From Eledone cirrhosa (lineage: Eukaryota), in the NCBI GenBank assembly GCA_964016885.1, contig OZ024743.1, forward strand, positions 293,756,001 through 293,820,000: a DNA stretch of 64,000 bases. The letters are read 5' to 3'. Both the position numbers and the translations under genes were made by a program. The notes under the pieces are model-generated. The model did not search any database. It was not told the DNA's origin and worked only from the letters and a program-made list of their open reading frames with translations. Below are positions 40,091-53,104 of the stretch, piece by piece. The first letter of the stretch is position 1, and each line of letters opens with the position of its first letter.

Positions 40091-40873
40091 GAATTGAACA
40101 GCATTGCTCATTTCTCTAGTTTGTTTTTTAAGACTACAATCGGTGTTAGTTGACCATTCAATAATCTGGTTTTGTTTTTTTACCCTGATTTTATCGTGGC
40201 TTTTCGTTTGATTTTCAATGCTTTGCATTCACTACACGCACACATATACCCACATACACAAACGCATAGGTGTATATGCATACCCACACATAGGCACATA
40301 TAAATATGCATATATAATCAAACAAACATATGTACGCATACATATACACGTTCACATATGTATATTCACATATTCCAACGCACTCACATATACGTACACA
40401 CACATATACGTACACACACACATACAAAAAATCGAGACATTCAGAAACACCACCATGCAGACCGATGCAAAAGCATAAATACACAATCATAAACACACAC
40501 AATCATGTAAGCAAACACATACACAATTACACACATACGCATACAAATTTAAAACGCGTACATATATAAATACACATTTCCAGCCACACCCACTCACACA
40601 ATTACACACAGTCACACAGTTTAGAAATATACACTATGCATACACAATTAAAATCACGCGCACTTATGCACACACAGATAATCAAAAACGCACGCACGCA
40701 TTTAATCACACAAGCACACACCATACACACACCGGTATCAATTTGGTTGACTTGAACCCACTCCCATATTGCTGGCTTTGTAGCTAAATTAGGAATGACT
40801 AGTGTTACATTTTATGAATTTTGCTTTAAATGCAATTAATCACACACGCACACGCACACACACACACACACAC

Positions 40874-40929
<56 letters not shown>

Positions 40930-40934
<5 letters not shown>

Positions 40935-42787
40935 GACTCGGCGTCGCCTGGCGGACAGATTTACTGAACACCTCCGGGATATTCGTCTCGGTGGTAGTTC
41001 CCCTATCGCCCGCCACTTTGGTGCCCCTGGACATTCCGCACACCACCTCAAAGTCTGTGGCCTACTCCAATGCCACGGAACACCCGCCACTCTCCTCAGG
41101 GTCGAACAACGAACCATCTTCACCCTACGCACCCACACTCCCCCGGACTGAACTCCCCACCCTTATTCCTTTAGCCTTCGACTGCCCCCCTCCCCCCACA
41201 CATATCCACCACTAACACACCCCTCCTTTTCACCGCCCACCCCACAAATAACAATACTAACACCTCCACCCCACACCCGACCACCCTTCCCCAACTAACA
41301 TACTAACATCCCTCCATTCTTCTCCTCTCGCTCCTTATCACACGCACACACCCACCGGTACATATATACACGCGCTCACACTAAACACACACCCTACTAC
41401 CACCACTAACCATCACCCTCACACATCCACCCCACCACCCCGCAACTAACATCACAACACCTCCCGACCCCAAGCACACGAACACACACACCCACTTACA
41501 CCACCCACTCTACACGTAACTAACATCACTAACACCCCCAACCCTACGCACACGAACACACACACCCTCTTACACCACCCACTATACACACCCTACCACC
41601 ACTGACCCCCACTCACACCCGCATTTAACCCTTTCTCCACCTCCAGTATACTAACACCCACTAACACCCCCTTCACCACACACACACACTAATCCAAACA
41701 CGCACGCACACACCAGTACACTACACTCCCTCCATCGGCCTCCACACTCTTCTCTCCCCGCTCCATCCACACCCTTTCTCAAACACACACATCCCACTAA
41801 CACCTCTACTAATACACACCCCCACTCCTCCTCACTCCAACTTTCACACCTACCCACCCTCTCCCCTGTCCACCGCACCTCCGCACACACTGACACACCG
41901 ACTTTCTTCACTTACCATTCTACCCTACTGCTGCTATGCCTCTCTGACCACCTCCCCGCACACACAGACACACAACCCTCCTCCCACCTTGACCCTCTGA
42001 CCACTTCCAGTTGCGCGCGCACCCCACATCTCCCCTCTTCCGACCAATCTCTTCACGGATTACACATATGTGAACCTTGATCCCGGGAATCCACCACATC
42101 CGAAGGATATTACTCAGCATTCCACCCCACCGTCTACGGAATTACCTTAACGACTCACCCACGGACATACACCCAAACAAATTTTTTCCCCACACGCCAC
42201 CTACATCCACAACAATCATAAACACCACACACACACGTGCGTACCACCACATATTTACACATTCAGCCTCCGGAATCCTCTCCCCCCACCCCTCTATCCA
42301 CACACGCACACACACTCCGACCCACACCCCACCTCACACACACACCTCTTCCTGAACATGCAACCCCGTTCTTCCTCCAATTCTTACTTTCACATACACA
42401 CACACACAACGTACACCTACACACACACACCACCTTCAGCCCTCCCCGCTCAGACACCCCGTCTCCCTCTCCCCACTCCACCCGCCACCACCCCTACACT
42501 CTCCACATCCTTCCACAGCCTGTTTTACTCCATGTGTATTTTTAATTTTATTTTGATCATGCTTTTATATTTAATTTCATTTGTACCGTTTCCTCTCACC
42601 CCCTTTTTTCTATATGTCTCTCCACCACTCCCCTACACACCCTTGGAACTCTTTTCCCACACACTTTTCACCTGAAGAAGGGCTTATGCCCGAAACGTCG
42701 TTTCCCACCACCACCCCACTCTCAAGAGCGTGAAACTAATAAACTTTTGTTCGTACTGCCTCTCTGTTTTGTTGCCGTTCAATTTTT

Positions 42788-42790
<3 letters not shown>
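40930..42790 (+). mobile_element. 5'-truncated Neptune-type PLE 3' end next to (CA)n
   Basis: A GIY-YIG C-terminal half (TRRRLADRFTEHLRDIR...PIARHFGAPGH...RVEQRTIFTLRT) is followed by a long C/A-rich 3' UTR, a hammerhead, AATAAA and then (TA)n. Confidence 0.75.
42669..42702 (+). ncRNA. Minimal hammerhead ribozyme
   Basis: AC-CTGAAGA-A-GGGC TTAT GCCC-GAAA-CGTC-GT. The core is intact, and ACGT is a palindromic stem III. Confidence 0.85.
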
Positions 42791-42840
<50 letters not shown>

Positions 42841-42942
42841 CACATATATATACATATATATCAGAATATGTAAGGCAATTTATGTTGGAAGCCATGATTA
42901 AGTCAAAAATCCACCAAAGTCATTTAAAGAAAACCATTGATT

Positions 42943-42998
<56 letters not shown>

Positions 42999-43259
42999 TT
43001 AAAGTACCAGTAATGCACTGTGTAATTGCTGGCCTTGTGCCAAAAGTAGAAACAATTATTATTATTATTTCTGGCAGTTTGTTCAATAAGGTTAGATATT
43101 TTGGTCTGTTGAGATTGTTTAGAAGCTTGAAACTAGCTGATTTAGAAACAATCTTGTGCTGTCCACGACCAGAGGTCGATCAGGCTAATTGTGTGTGCTT
43201 AAATCTTTATATTCTATATTTCTTTCTCCTCGCTTTTCTCTCACCCTCTAACCTCTTTC

Positions 43260-43562
43260 TTCCCCGCCTTCGTTTTTCCTTTCCTTACTTCCTATATATT
43301 TCACTTCCCTTCTCTCTTTTCCTTTACTTCCTATATAATTCACTCCTCCTCTTTCTCTTTTCCCTTACTTTCTATATACTTCACTTCCCCTCTCATTTTT
43401 TTCCCTTACTTCCATATATAATTCTCTTCCTCCTCTCTTTTTTCCCTTACTTCCTATATAATTCACTCCTCCCCTCTCTCTTGTCCCTTACTTCCTATAT
43501 AATTCACTCATCCCTTCTCTCTTTTCCCTTACTCCCTTATTTCACTCCCCTTCTCTCTCTCT
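43260..43562. repeat. Pyrimidine-rich ~40-bp minisatellite
   Basis: CCTTACTTCCTATATAATTCACT...CTCTTTT is repeated about 7 times. Confidence 0.8.
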
Positions 43563-43792
43563 CGTAGCTAATCAATAGTATCTGTCTTATCTATTTTATC
43601 AACCAAATTTAACTTTTCAGGCTATATCAAGCCTAATTTCAATCTAACGCACCACGCTATTGAAAATCATAAACATCTAGTAGAAAGGAAAAACAATGAA
43701 ACAACCAAAATAAATAAAATAATGCTTTCGAAAGTAGACACAAAGCAGTCCACATTTTTGTGTTTATAGCAAGGTTCATAAAATATAGCGCA

Positions 43793-44630
43793 TAATAATT
43801 GTTTCTACTTTTGGCACAAGGCCAGGAATTATCCCAGTGGTACTTTATTTGATCAACCCCGTAAGGATGAAAGGCAAAGTTAACCTCGGCGGGATTTTAA
43901 CTCAGATCATAAAGGGAGGTAACTCTATGCTTCAAAGCATGGCACCCGACCCTCTACCGATACTGCCAATCCACCGCCCTCAAGACTAGCAATTGTCGGT
44001 AAGGGGAAAATGGATTAAATTGATCCAAGTGCATTACTGGTACTTTATTTTATCAACCCCGTAAGGATGAAAGACAAAGATAAGCTTGGTAGTATTTGAA
44101 CTCAGAATGTAAAGGTTTTAACTTCATGTCGCAAAACATGTTATCCGACTCTCTACTGATACTGCCAATCCACCGCACAAATAATAGAATATAATCGTTT
44201 CTGATTTAGGCGCAAGGCCAACAATTTTCGGGGAGGGGAAAGTGGATTAAATTGATCCGAGTGTGTTACTGGTAATTATTTTATCAACCCCGTAAGGATG
44301 AAAGGCAAAGTTAACCTCGGTGATATTTGAACTCCGATCATAAAGGGCCGTAACTCTATGCTGCAAAGAATGTTGTCCGATACTGCCAATCCGCTGCCCT
44401 CATTATATAATGCATAATAACGATTTCTAATTTATGATCAAGGTTATCAATTTTGTGCAAGAGGTAAGTCGATTAAATTGACCCCAGTATTTGACAGATA
44501 CTTTATTTTATTGACCTCTGAAGGAAGAAAGGTGTAGTTGACCTTAGCCTGAGTTTAACTCAAAACAAAAATATCCAGAACAAATACTACGCATTTTTCT
44601 AATGTTCAAATGACTCTTCCAATCCACCAC
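43793..44630 (-). mobile_element. Head-to-tail cluster of four tRNA-SINE copies
   Basis: Four consecutive reverse-complement matches to 7465-7651 (about 43793-43980, 44000-44177, 44190-44399 and 44416-44630). Confidence 0.8.
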
Positions 44631-44640
44631 CCTCTATGTA

Positions 44641-45548
44641 CGAAGGCAATCTCAAAAGTAAGGTCTCCAAAGCTATGGGGACGCAGAGAAGCTGTTCGTA
44701 CGGCTATTGGCAACACTGTTGTGATTGGTGCTTCCTTCACTCCCAAACAAGCATGCTCGCGCTTCGCTGGGATGCTCAATCTTGGCTTGGCAGCCGTTGA
44801 AAATGGACCACCCGTTGAACGCTACCGCTAAGTGCGAAGTTCGCGCAGTTATTCGGTTTTTGAACGCAAAAGGCGTTGAACCGATTGAAATTCATCGCCA
44901 ATCGACGGAAGTGTATGGACAGTCGTGCATTGATGTCAAAAACGTTCGCAAGTGGTGTAGAGAGTTTACAGCCGGTCGTATTGAAATTCACGACGAACAA
45001 AGGAGCGGGAGACCGTCAATTTCCGACGATTTTTCGACAATTTTTCCGTTAAAATCCTGTGGATGGTGCTTCGGGAAACCTCAGGAACCAAAATGCAGAG
45101 AGCATTCAGAGTGATCCGCCGATCTTTACGCATGTTTTCCTCAACCTTTGCGATTGTCTCGTCGGAAATTGACGGTCTCCCGCTTCTTTGTTCGTTGTGA
45201 ATTTCAGTACGACCGGTTCTAAACTCTCTACGCCACTTGCGAACGTTTTTGACATCCATGCACGACTGTTCATACACTTCCATCAATTGGCGATGAATTT
45301 CAATCGGTTCAACGCCTTTTTTGCGTTAAAAAACCGAATAACTGCGCGAACTTCGAACTTGGTGGTAGCGTTCAACGGGAGCCCCATTCTCAACGGCTGC
45401 CAAGCCAAGATTGAGCATCCCAGCGAAGCACACGCATGCTTGTTTGGGAGTGAAGGAAGCACCAATCACAACAGTGTTGCCACAACCGTACAAACAGTTT
45501 CTCTGCGTCCTCATCGCTTTGGAGACCTTACTTTTGGGATTGCCCTCG
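44641..45548. mobile_element. Mariner-family derivative built from two inverted 5' halves
   Basis: TA|CGAAGGCAATCTCAAAAGTAAGG ... CCTTACTTTTGGGATTGCCCTCG|TA. Both arms encode the Mos1-type HTH N-terminus (EVRAVIRFLNAKG...EIHRQ..EVYG...VRKWCREF..GR....DEQRSGRPS). There is no DD34D domain. Confidence 0.9.
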
Positions 45549-45707
45549 TAGCATATAATAAAAGCAGTAGCGAACTAGCCCAAAATGAACATGTTGTAAG
45601 GTTTGTGGTTTTTCTCATGCGAGAAAAACCACAAAACCTTCCTGGTAAAGGAAACAAATAAATATTCTTAAAAAGACTCCAGTTGCATTTTCGATTTCAT
45701 CTCTTTT

Positions 45708-45747
<40 letters not shown>

Positions 45748-46464
45748 TCGAACTCTCTTTGCTCTTTTCCATATAAAGCTTGAATCTTTCGTTTCACACA
45801 CACACACACTATAGCTGAGGGCCACGCATTTTTTGCTTAATACACTTTTTCAAATGTAGAGCAATCTAAACTGAAAATTGCATTAAGCACGAAACTCCTG
45901 GCTCTGGAGTCAATATTCAACATGATTCTCACATTTAAGAATTAAAATTCTAATGTAATGCTAGCGTGTAGTCCTGTGAAAATAGTGTAATCCGCTACGT
46001 GTAGTCCTATCTAACAGTTTCGGTTCACGGTCGATTATATCGATCATATGTACTTGAATTATGCTTTTTATCGATCACAGAAGGATAAAAGGCAATAGAA
46101 TTTGAATCCAGAACATAAGGAGACGCAACTAAATACTGTAATGTATTTTCTCCAGTGTTAGATCAATTTTGTCCATATCTGCCTCTTCATATAAGGATTT
46201 CTAAATAAGGCCCAAGGTCAGAAATTTCAGAGGAGCGGTATCATAAAGAATTTTATTGATCCATATTCCTGATCATTGTTCAATTTACTGTAGCAGATGG
46301 CCACCACCCTCCTCCACCCACTGTACCTTTCATAATCAATTGTGTTCTGTTGTTGGGTGATTAGCTCTGTTCATTGGTGGGATTTGAATTTCTAGGTGAG
46401 ATATGAACACAGCACACGGTGCCAGAACAAATACCATAAAATATTCTATTGGGTCATCCCATAG

Positions 46465-46635
46465 ATTAATAATTGGCCAATTGCCTCCCTCGAGCTGCAT
46501 GCGGTCCGTTTGGCTTTCTGAATCGCACGTCTAATTTCAAAATTGCTTTGCTTTTTTTTCTATTAGTGCGTCTCGCCTTATAATGATCCACATCGTATGC
46601 GACCCACTGCTCGAAGAAGGTTGCCCATGCCTTCC
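46465..46635. mobile_element. Probable hAT-family MITE remnant
   Basis: Subterminal motifs TGGCCAA.TGC..CCCTCGAGCTGCATGCGGTCC and AAGGTTGCCCATGCC resemble Charlie-like MITE ends. Confidence 0.45.
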
Positions 46636-47724
46636 ATAAATAACGCGGATTTTTCAATTGCATGCAATAAAAGTCGGAAAGTGAGGATAAACACTTGCAT
46701 AAACTTGCTATAATAGTAGATATTAAATTCACCTGGACCCATTCTTAGTGTAAGATTTAAAAAGTGCAGTTTATCTTAATTTTTAAAACTAAAAGAAGTA
46801 TAAAAATCTCTAATGATTGAAAAGATAAATTACTCAGTAGACCTTGATAAGATTCAGAACAACAAGACACTTAAATAAATAATTTTTAACATAAGGACAA
46901 GACCATAAATTTGTGAGGAATGTGTAATCGATTCAATGAAACCCAGCCGTTGCATAAGTCCGCGGCTCTGACTTCCAGGGGTGGAGGCGTATGAATATCA
47001 AACGTGTCTTAAAAATAAACTACCAAGTAGCCTTGATACAGAGTCTGAAAGCATCTTTGTTCCGTCTAGCGAAAATCATTTCTCGGTCCCAGGATACCTA
47101 GTACTGGTACTTATCTACTCTGGGGGATAAAATATAAAGTTGCCCCTGGTGGGATTATAACTCATAACGTAAAAGCCCTTACCAAATTCCGCAAGGTATT
47201 TCATTCAATGTTCTACCGATTAAGCACTATATCAAGTCTAAGAGCAAGTTATCAATAGAAACCTCATTGCAGTTATTATTAGCGCGGAAGTTACTTGTGG
47301 CTATAACATGTTAATAATAAAAAACAATCAAACGATCAAAGCAGCGAATTGGCCGAGTCATTAGAACGTCGGATAGAATACTTCATGATATTCATTCTGC
47401 CCTCTAATTTCAAAACTCACCTTTCTTTTCATCCGTCCAAGGTCGATAAAAAAGTACCATACAAGTACTGGGAGACGATTCTTCCCCTATATTTCTTTCT
47501 CTCTCTCTCGCTCTCTTGAAGTAATCGTCTATGTTCAGACATCGAGAGGCGATGAGATCCACAAGGTTTAAAATAAAAAGGCGCCAGAAACGCCATTTGA
47601 AACTACGGCGTTCCTAGGATTCCATCAAGAGCTATGAGTTCTTTTTCTTCTTTTCCTTTCTTTCTTTTTCTTTTCTTCTTTTCTGTCTTTTTCCTTTTCT
47701 TCTTTTCTGTCTTTTTCTTTTCTT

Positions 47725-48435
47725 CTGTTCCAAACACAAATACTTGGGTATTCGCATAGAGACATCACGGCAACAAGAATCTGACAATCGATCCCATAAT
47801 CCTGCACAACCTTCCACAGTAGGTCCCGGGGAAAGCGGTTATATCTCTTTTCGAAATGTTCTGGTAGACCATCCACCGACTTCGTATTAAGAAGTCCTCC
47901 TCCACACATGCTACCAGGAACTCATCAGGGGTTCTTCTCTCTTCAGAGAGGTGCATCCTCGCTGATATCCTGAACCCGACCGATCACAACAGCATCTGCG
48001 GATGTAAATAAGGTGCACCTTGGAGCGGTGACTAATCTCTCAGAGGCTGAAGTCACAAGACCAGTTAAAGAGCTCAAACGTGACTAGGCTGCTGGGGAAG
48101 ATGAAAACCGGCCCGAGATGTTAAAAGCCTTAGAGAAGGTATTCTCTTGCTGACTGTGTGCTGGGTGCCCTGGATATCTGGAAAGACACCTAAGCAATGT
48201 CAATCAGGAGTGATAATCCAAATTTTCAAAAAGGAAGACAAGAGAGATTGTTCCAATTATAGAGGGATCTCCTTGTTAAACATATATAGTCTATGCTAAG
48301 TGTCTGGCAAATAGATGTAATGAGATTGTTGAGTCCAAGCTAGCTGATGAACAGTGCGCTTTTCGCCCCGGACACAGCGCAGCCGACTAAATATTTACAC
48401 TGCGGCCGATCGTAGAGAAATCGTGGGAGTTTTGA
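47725..48435. pseudogene. Rearranged RTE LINE RT fragment
   Basis: The plus-strand segment at about 47990-48435 encodes AAGED..RPEMLK, IIPIFKKEDKRDCSNYRGISLL and LADEQCAFRPG. The minus-strand segment at about 47725-47860 encodes RFPRDLLWKVVQDYGI. Confidence 0.75.
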
Positions 48436-51400
48436 GCTACGAGGTCATACATAAAATCTGAACCGATGATAACTTTGATTAGTTTTTCCATGTAACCTAA
48501 CGGGCGAGAGCCACAAACCAATACTCATTGTAGTCGTCCAAATGTAGCACAACAGATCCACTCTTTTCAGAGATTTAACATTTAACTTAATTTCTGCTTA
48601 TAAATTAATCTGTTTATTTATAGATATCAATATTTCTGTCTTTGGATTTCATCTGTGCGGTTAGTTTTGATGATTTGCTGGACGTTACTCTCCATTCAAG
48701 GATGTAATATGAGGGAAATATGGTTCCCATTCTTTTTCTTCTTTTTCTTCTTTTTCTTCTTTTTCTTCTTTTTCTTCTTCTTGGGAATGTGGGGGCAGAG
48801 TCCTCAAACACTTATTCCAGTTGGTTGCCATGCTACTTGAAATAATTTTATGATTAGATTTGACGATGGAAGTTTATCAATAGATTCGATCCCAAATTTT
48901 CAAAGTAGCAGGAATTAATTCGGAAACCACCTGTGCCCTAAGAGACATACGTGAAACAATTATGGCCGAGGAACACACGAATCAACATGTCTTCAATGGA
49001 AATACAAACAAAACATTCCCGCGAACATTTTTAATGTTTGTTTGAAACTTTAACCACATTTATGTCTTAGATATCCGAAACCATACATTAGAGATGATAT
49101 AAACTTAGTGCCAGCAGCAATCAATAGATCGCATGTTCAATCCTACTGCATCACGTTTTGGGTAGATGTCATTTACCATTGTCTCTGATCGAGAGAATGC
49201 TTTGTGAGTGAAACTGGGTAGACGGAAACTGTTTGGAATCCCGCCAGATGGACTGTTCAAATGCCCACATTCAATACATACTATGTCATGCTGAAATCCC
49301 CCTGAGAATTGTTAAGGGTACACGTGCTTCTAAAATATTAAGTTATATACGTGCGAATTGCATGAGCAGACTGTTCTGTTGATCGAACAACTGGAACACT
49401 CATCGTCGAAACCGATGGAGGTCCATTGCAGAAAGAGTTCGTTGGTTTTATTGGTGGTAATTAGTCTAAAGGTGATATTAGAGATAGTGCCGTAGCTGTA
49501 TTGTAGCAAATCGATCAAACGTTTATATAGCTCCTTAGTTGGCTCAAAAATATATATGCTAAAATAGTTAACCTAATTAAATAGAGACTCCCTACGAGAT
49601 ATTGCTATTTTTATGCTGCAATGAAATGCTGGGTCAAACTGATATCATCTCTATACTCAACAAGACGCCACCACTAGCACAACCACCAACACTAGTACTA
49701 CCACCCCTACTACTACCAGCACCGCCAGCACTACCACCCCCATTACTACCAGCACCCCACCACCTTTACCATTACAGCAACACAAGCAGCACAATCACCA
49801 CCACTATCATCACCATCTTCACCAGCAATACAATCACACCAGCACCACCACCATCACTGCGCTACTATAACGACCAACACAACCAGCACTAATACTACGA
49901 CCAACACAACCACTATTACTATCATCACAATCTTCACCAACACTACAATCACCACCTCCACCTCCACCACCACAGCAAACACAACCCAAACCTGGCAACT
50001 TAACGAGCGACAGACACCTGACGGATTTGATAGATTTTCCCAAAGCCATTGGTAGGGGGAACAGAGTGAAGTTGATAGATTGGAAAGTAAAAACACACAA
50101 AAAAAAAAAATGCAGGGAAAGAAAAATATAGACTGAGAAAAAGAGATTGAGTGAATGAAAGAATGAGAAAAAATAATGAGAAGAAAAATCTAGTGAGAAG
50201 AAACAGCCATGGTAGTGATAGTGGTAGCCGTAAAGGTGGTAGTTTTGGTGTTGTTGTTGTTGGTAATGCTATTGGTGAGTAAGTGGTGGTGGAAATTGCA
50301 AAAAGTAGTGATGGTGGTGGTAGAAGGTAAAGGTGGTAATGTTGTTGGTGTTGTTATTGTTGCTGTTGGTGGTGGTGGAAATCGCGCAAGGTATTGGTGT
50401 AGTGAAGATGATGGTAGGGGTGAAGATGGTAGTGGAATTTTCTAGCAGTTTTAATTACCTGGTGTTATTTCAAGCATTTGCTAATACAATTGGAAATTAT
50501 CTGTGCATTTAGTTTCACAGGTGGTTATTACATTCCTTCACAGGCACACTTACCCACCCAACACTCACACTTTCTCTCTCACTCTTTTTTCACACACAGT
50601 CACACTGATTTACAGTCACACGCATGTACCATGTGTGAAAGTGGATACACACACGAATATATATTTCTTTATGTATACACACACACATGTATATATATAT
50701 GTATATATATATATATATAAATATATGCACATATGTGTATATATACATACAATACACACACACAAACATATATATGTGTGTGTGTATTGTATGTATATAC
50801 ACATATATGTGCATATATTTACATATACATATGCATATATATATGTATGTATTTATGTATGCATGTATGAGTGTGTGTATGCATGTACATGTGTGTGTGT
50901 GTGCATTGACTAGATACACACACACCCATATTACGTTTATCTGCAAAATTACACGCCCTCATATATATATATATATATAGTGCACATACAAGAATACATT
51001 TTACACATGTATATATATGTAAGTACATGCATACGTGTGTAATGAAGTACCTATGTATGCATGTACATAATATATGTTCATACGAATTAAATGTGTGAGT
51101 AATGGATTCAAGCATTTATAGAGACTTACAGTTGGAAAGTCTCGCATCACCTTGTTTAATACACAGATTCACTTTACAAGTGGCTTTATCGATTATAAAA
51201 CTGAACTCCGGTGTTTATATCAAGCTAATATTATGTTCGAAGCAGTGCTATTCTTGAAGTGGGGAATTAGAGAATACATTTCATATACGAACTTAACTTG
51301 GCGTTTGAGCTAACTCCCAGCGTTCTGGTAAATAAAATTCACAACTTGAAACATATTCAAGTCACACAGAAAGTGATTGTGACCACCTAAAGAATGACAG

Positions 51401-51559
51401 GTGCAGTAGCACATGCAATAGTAGATCTATAAGTACAAATATTCCCGTAAAAACTTACGAGTATATCTACCATGTATATATGAATATATATAAATAAATG
51501 TATATATTTCTGGCAGAGCTGTTTTGCTATAGAATGGGCCGCAGGTGGCGGATAGTAAT

Positions 51560-52254
51560 ACTGCCACCGGATATGATGGTTAGTTGCGATATGTGTGCTC
51601 CTGCCGGACGAATAAGAAGCCTCCGACCAACAAGGGGTAAAACTACCAGAAGAGATTGAGCAATGGGTGATACAGTTAGCTCCCAAGTAAACTCTCACAA
51701 CCCAGTGATGTAGCTACTCACAAGCCCCTGGCTGTTAGGATGTGTTATGGAACGGATCCATTGAGATGGATGATTTGCCTCTTGAAACTTAGGCTGAAAG
51801 AAATGACTCTTTGGATGGTGCAAGTTTATGCGTCAAACAGAGAGCCCGAATACCGACCCATTCTTGATGAAGACATTGCAACATTAGATGTAGATAATAC
51901 TGATTCATATATCCTAATATGAGACAGCAATGCACGTGTTGGCACTGAATAGCTAACATGGAAAGGAATGATTGGAAGGAACGGGATCTTGATCTGAATA
52001 CGAGTGTAGAGACCTTATTAGACTTCTGCTCTAGTAATGAGCTCACTATTATAAACACATTCTTCCAGCACAAATACATCCATAAATACACATGGTATAA
52101 GGGGAATCTGGAACATAGATCAATGATTGATTATTGTTATTGTCTCTATTCTCTTCAATTGTGTGTTCTAGGTCCATATTAAGAGAGGAGATGAACTGTC
52201 AACTGTTCATCACCTAGTTATCTACAATCTGAGACAACCTAAAATCAAGAGAAC
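51560..52254 (+). pseudogene. RTE LINE, AP-endonuclease half (interrupted by the LTR element)
   Basis: LWMVQVYA, LLDFCSSNELTIINTFFQHKYIHKYTWY, SMIDY and STVHHLV (SDH-like), with stop codons. Confidence 0.8.
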
Positions 52255-52679
52255 TAAAGAGAAATGATATATCGTCCAGGTGTGTGAACGACATCTCATC
52301 TCTCTAAGATTATTAATTAAAACAGAAGGGCTTTCGATAACAAGGCTAATCTTTTATTAAATGATTCATTTAACAAAACACAACATAATAATTACATTCA
52401 TAGGACATACCCTGCAAGCTAAACGGCAATGGCTTAATTCTTACATTCAAGAAGAGATATGAAAATGTCTTGGTCAAAAACAGGCGTTTTTACAAAGTAC
52501 GTCCACGTGGCAGGACAAAGGCGACTGGAATTGAAACCCAAATCTCTTGAGTTTTACATTGGCGTCTCTTCTTTTAGACAAAGCCGAGATAAGGGAAGTA
52601 ATTCGCTATTTTTTTGTGTTACCCACAGGTGGCGACACTGCGTTGCTATAGTCAACACATTGTCGCCATAGTTACTACA
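52255..52679 (-). repeat. 3' LTR
   Basis: Near-identical direct repeat of 57733-58157; it starts TGTAG on the minus strand. Confidence 0.95.
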
Positions 52680-53104
52680 ATCACCTCCAACCAGATTTTT
52701 AATAAAAATCGTAAAACAAACGATAGCATGGAGGAACTAGAAGTTGTAAATTGGTGCAAGAAAAATTCCTGTAGTATATAACAATGAAGCCAAAGCCTTA
52801 CAAGGTACTCTTTACAAGTTGCTGAAACCGGTTTCAAAACGAACAATATAGAGGCGAAATAGGTTAATGCATGCAAGCATTACACAAAAAAATAAACAAC
52901 AAATGCAATAATTATACGCATGCAGCAATAAATTCAAAATGCATTAAAAATACGATAGGCATTGAAAATGCCATAGGCAGTAAGGTTAAAAAATGCAATG
53001 AAAAATTATAATATGCCTTAAAAATACCATAGGCATTCAGGGTACAAAATGCAACAAGAAATTCAATATACAGTAAAAATATTTGCAAGAAAAAATAATA
53101 CAAT

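Noticed and set aside
48345-48360. CTGATGA here, and CTGACGA at about 58686
   Set aside because: These encode the RTE motif LADEQC and have no stem II or GAAA.
49602-50445. Pro/Thr-rich and Val-rich ORFs
   Set aside because: They come from low-complexity (CAC/CTA)n and (GGT/GTT)n tracts, with no domain signature or splice evidence.
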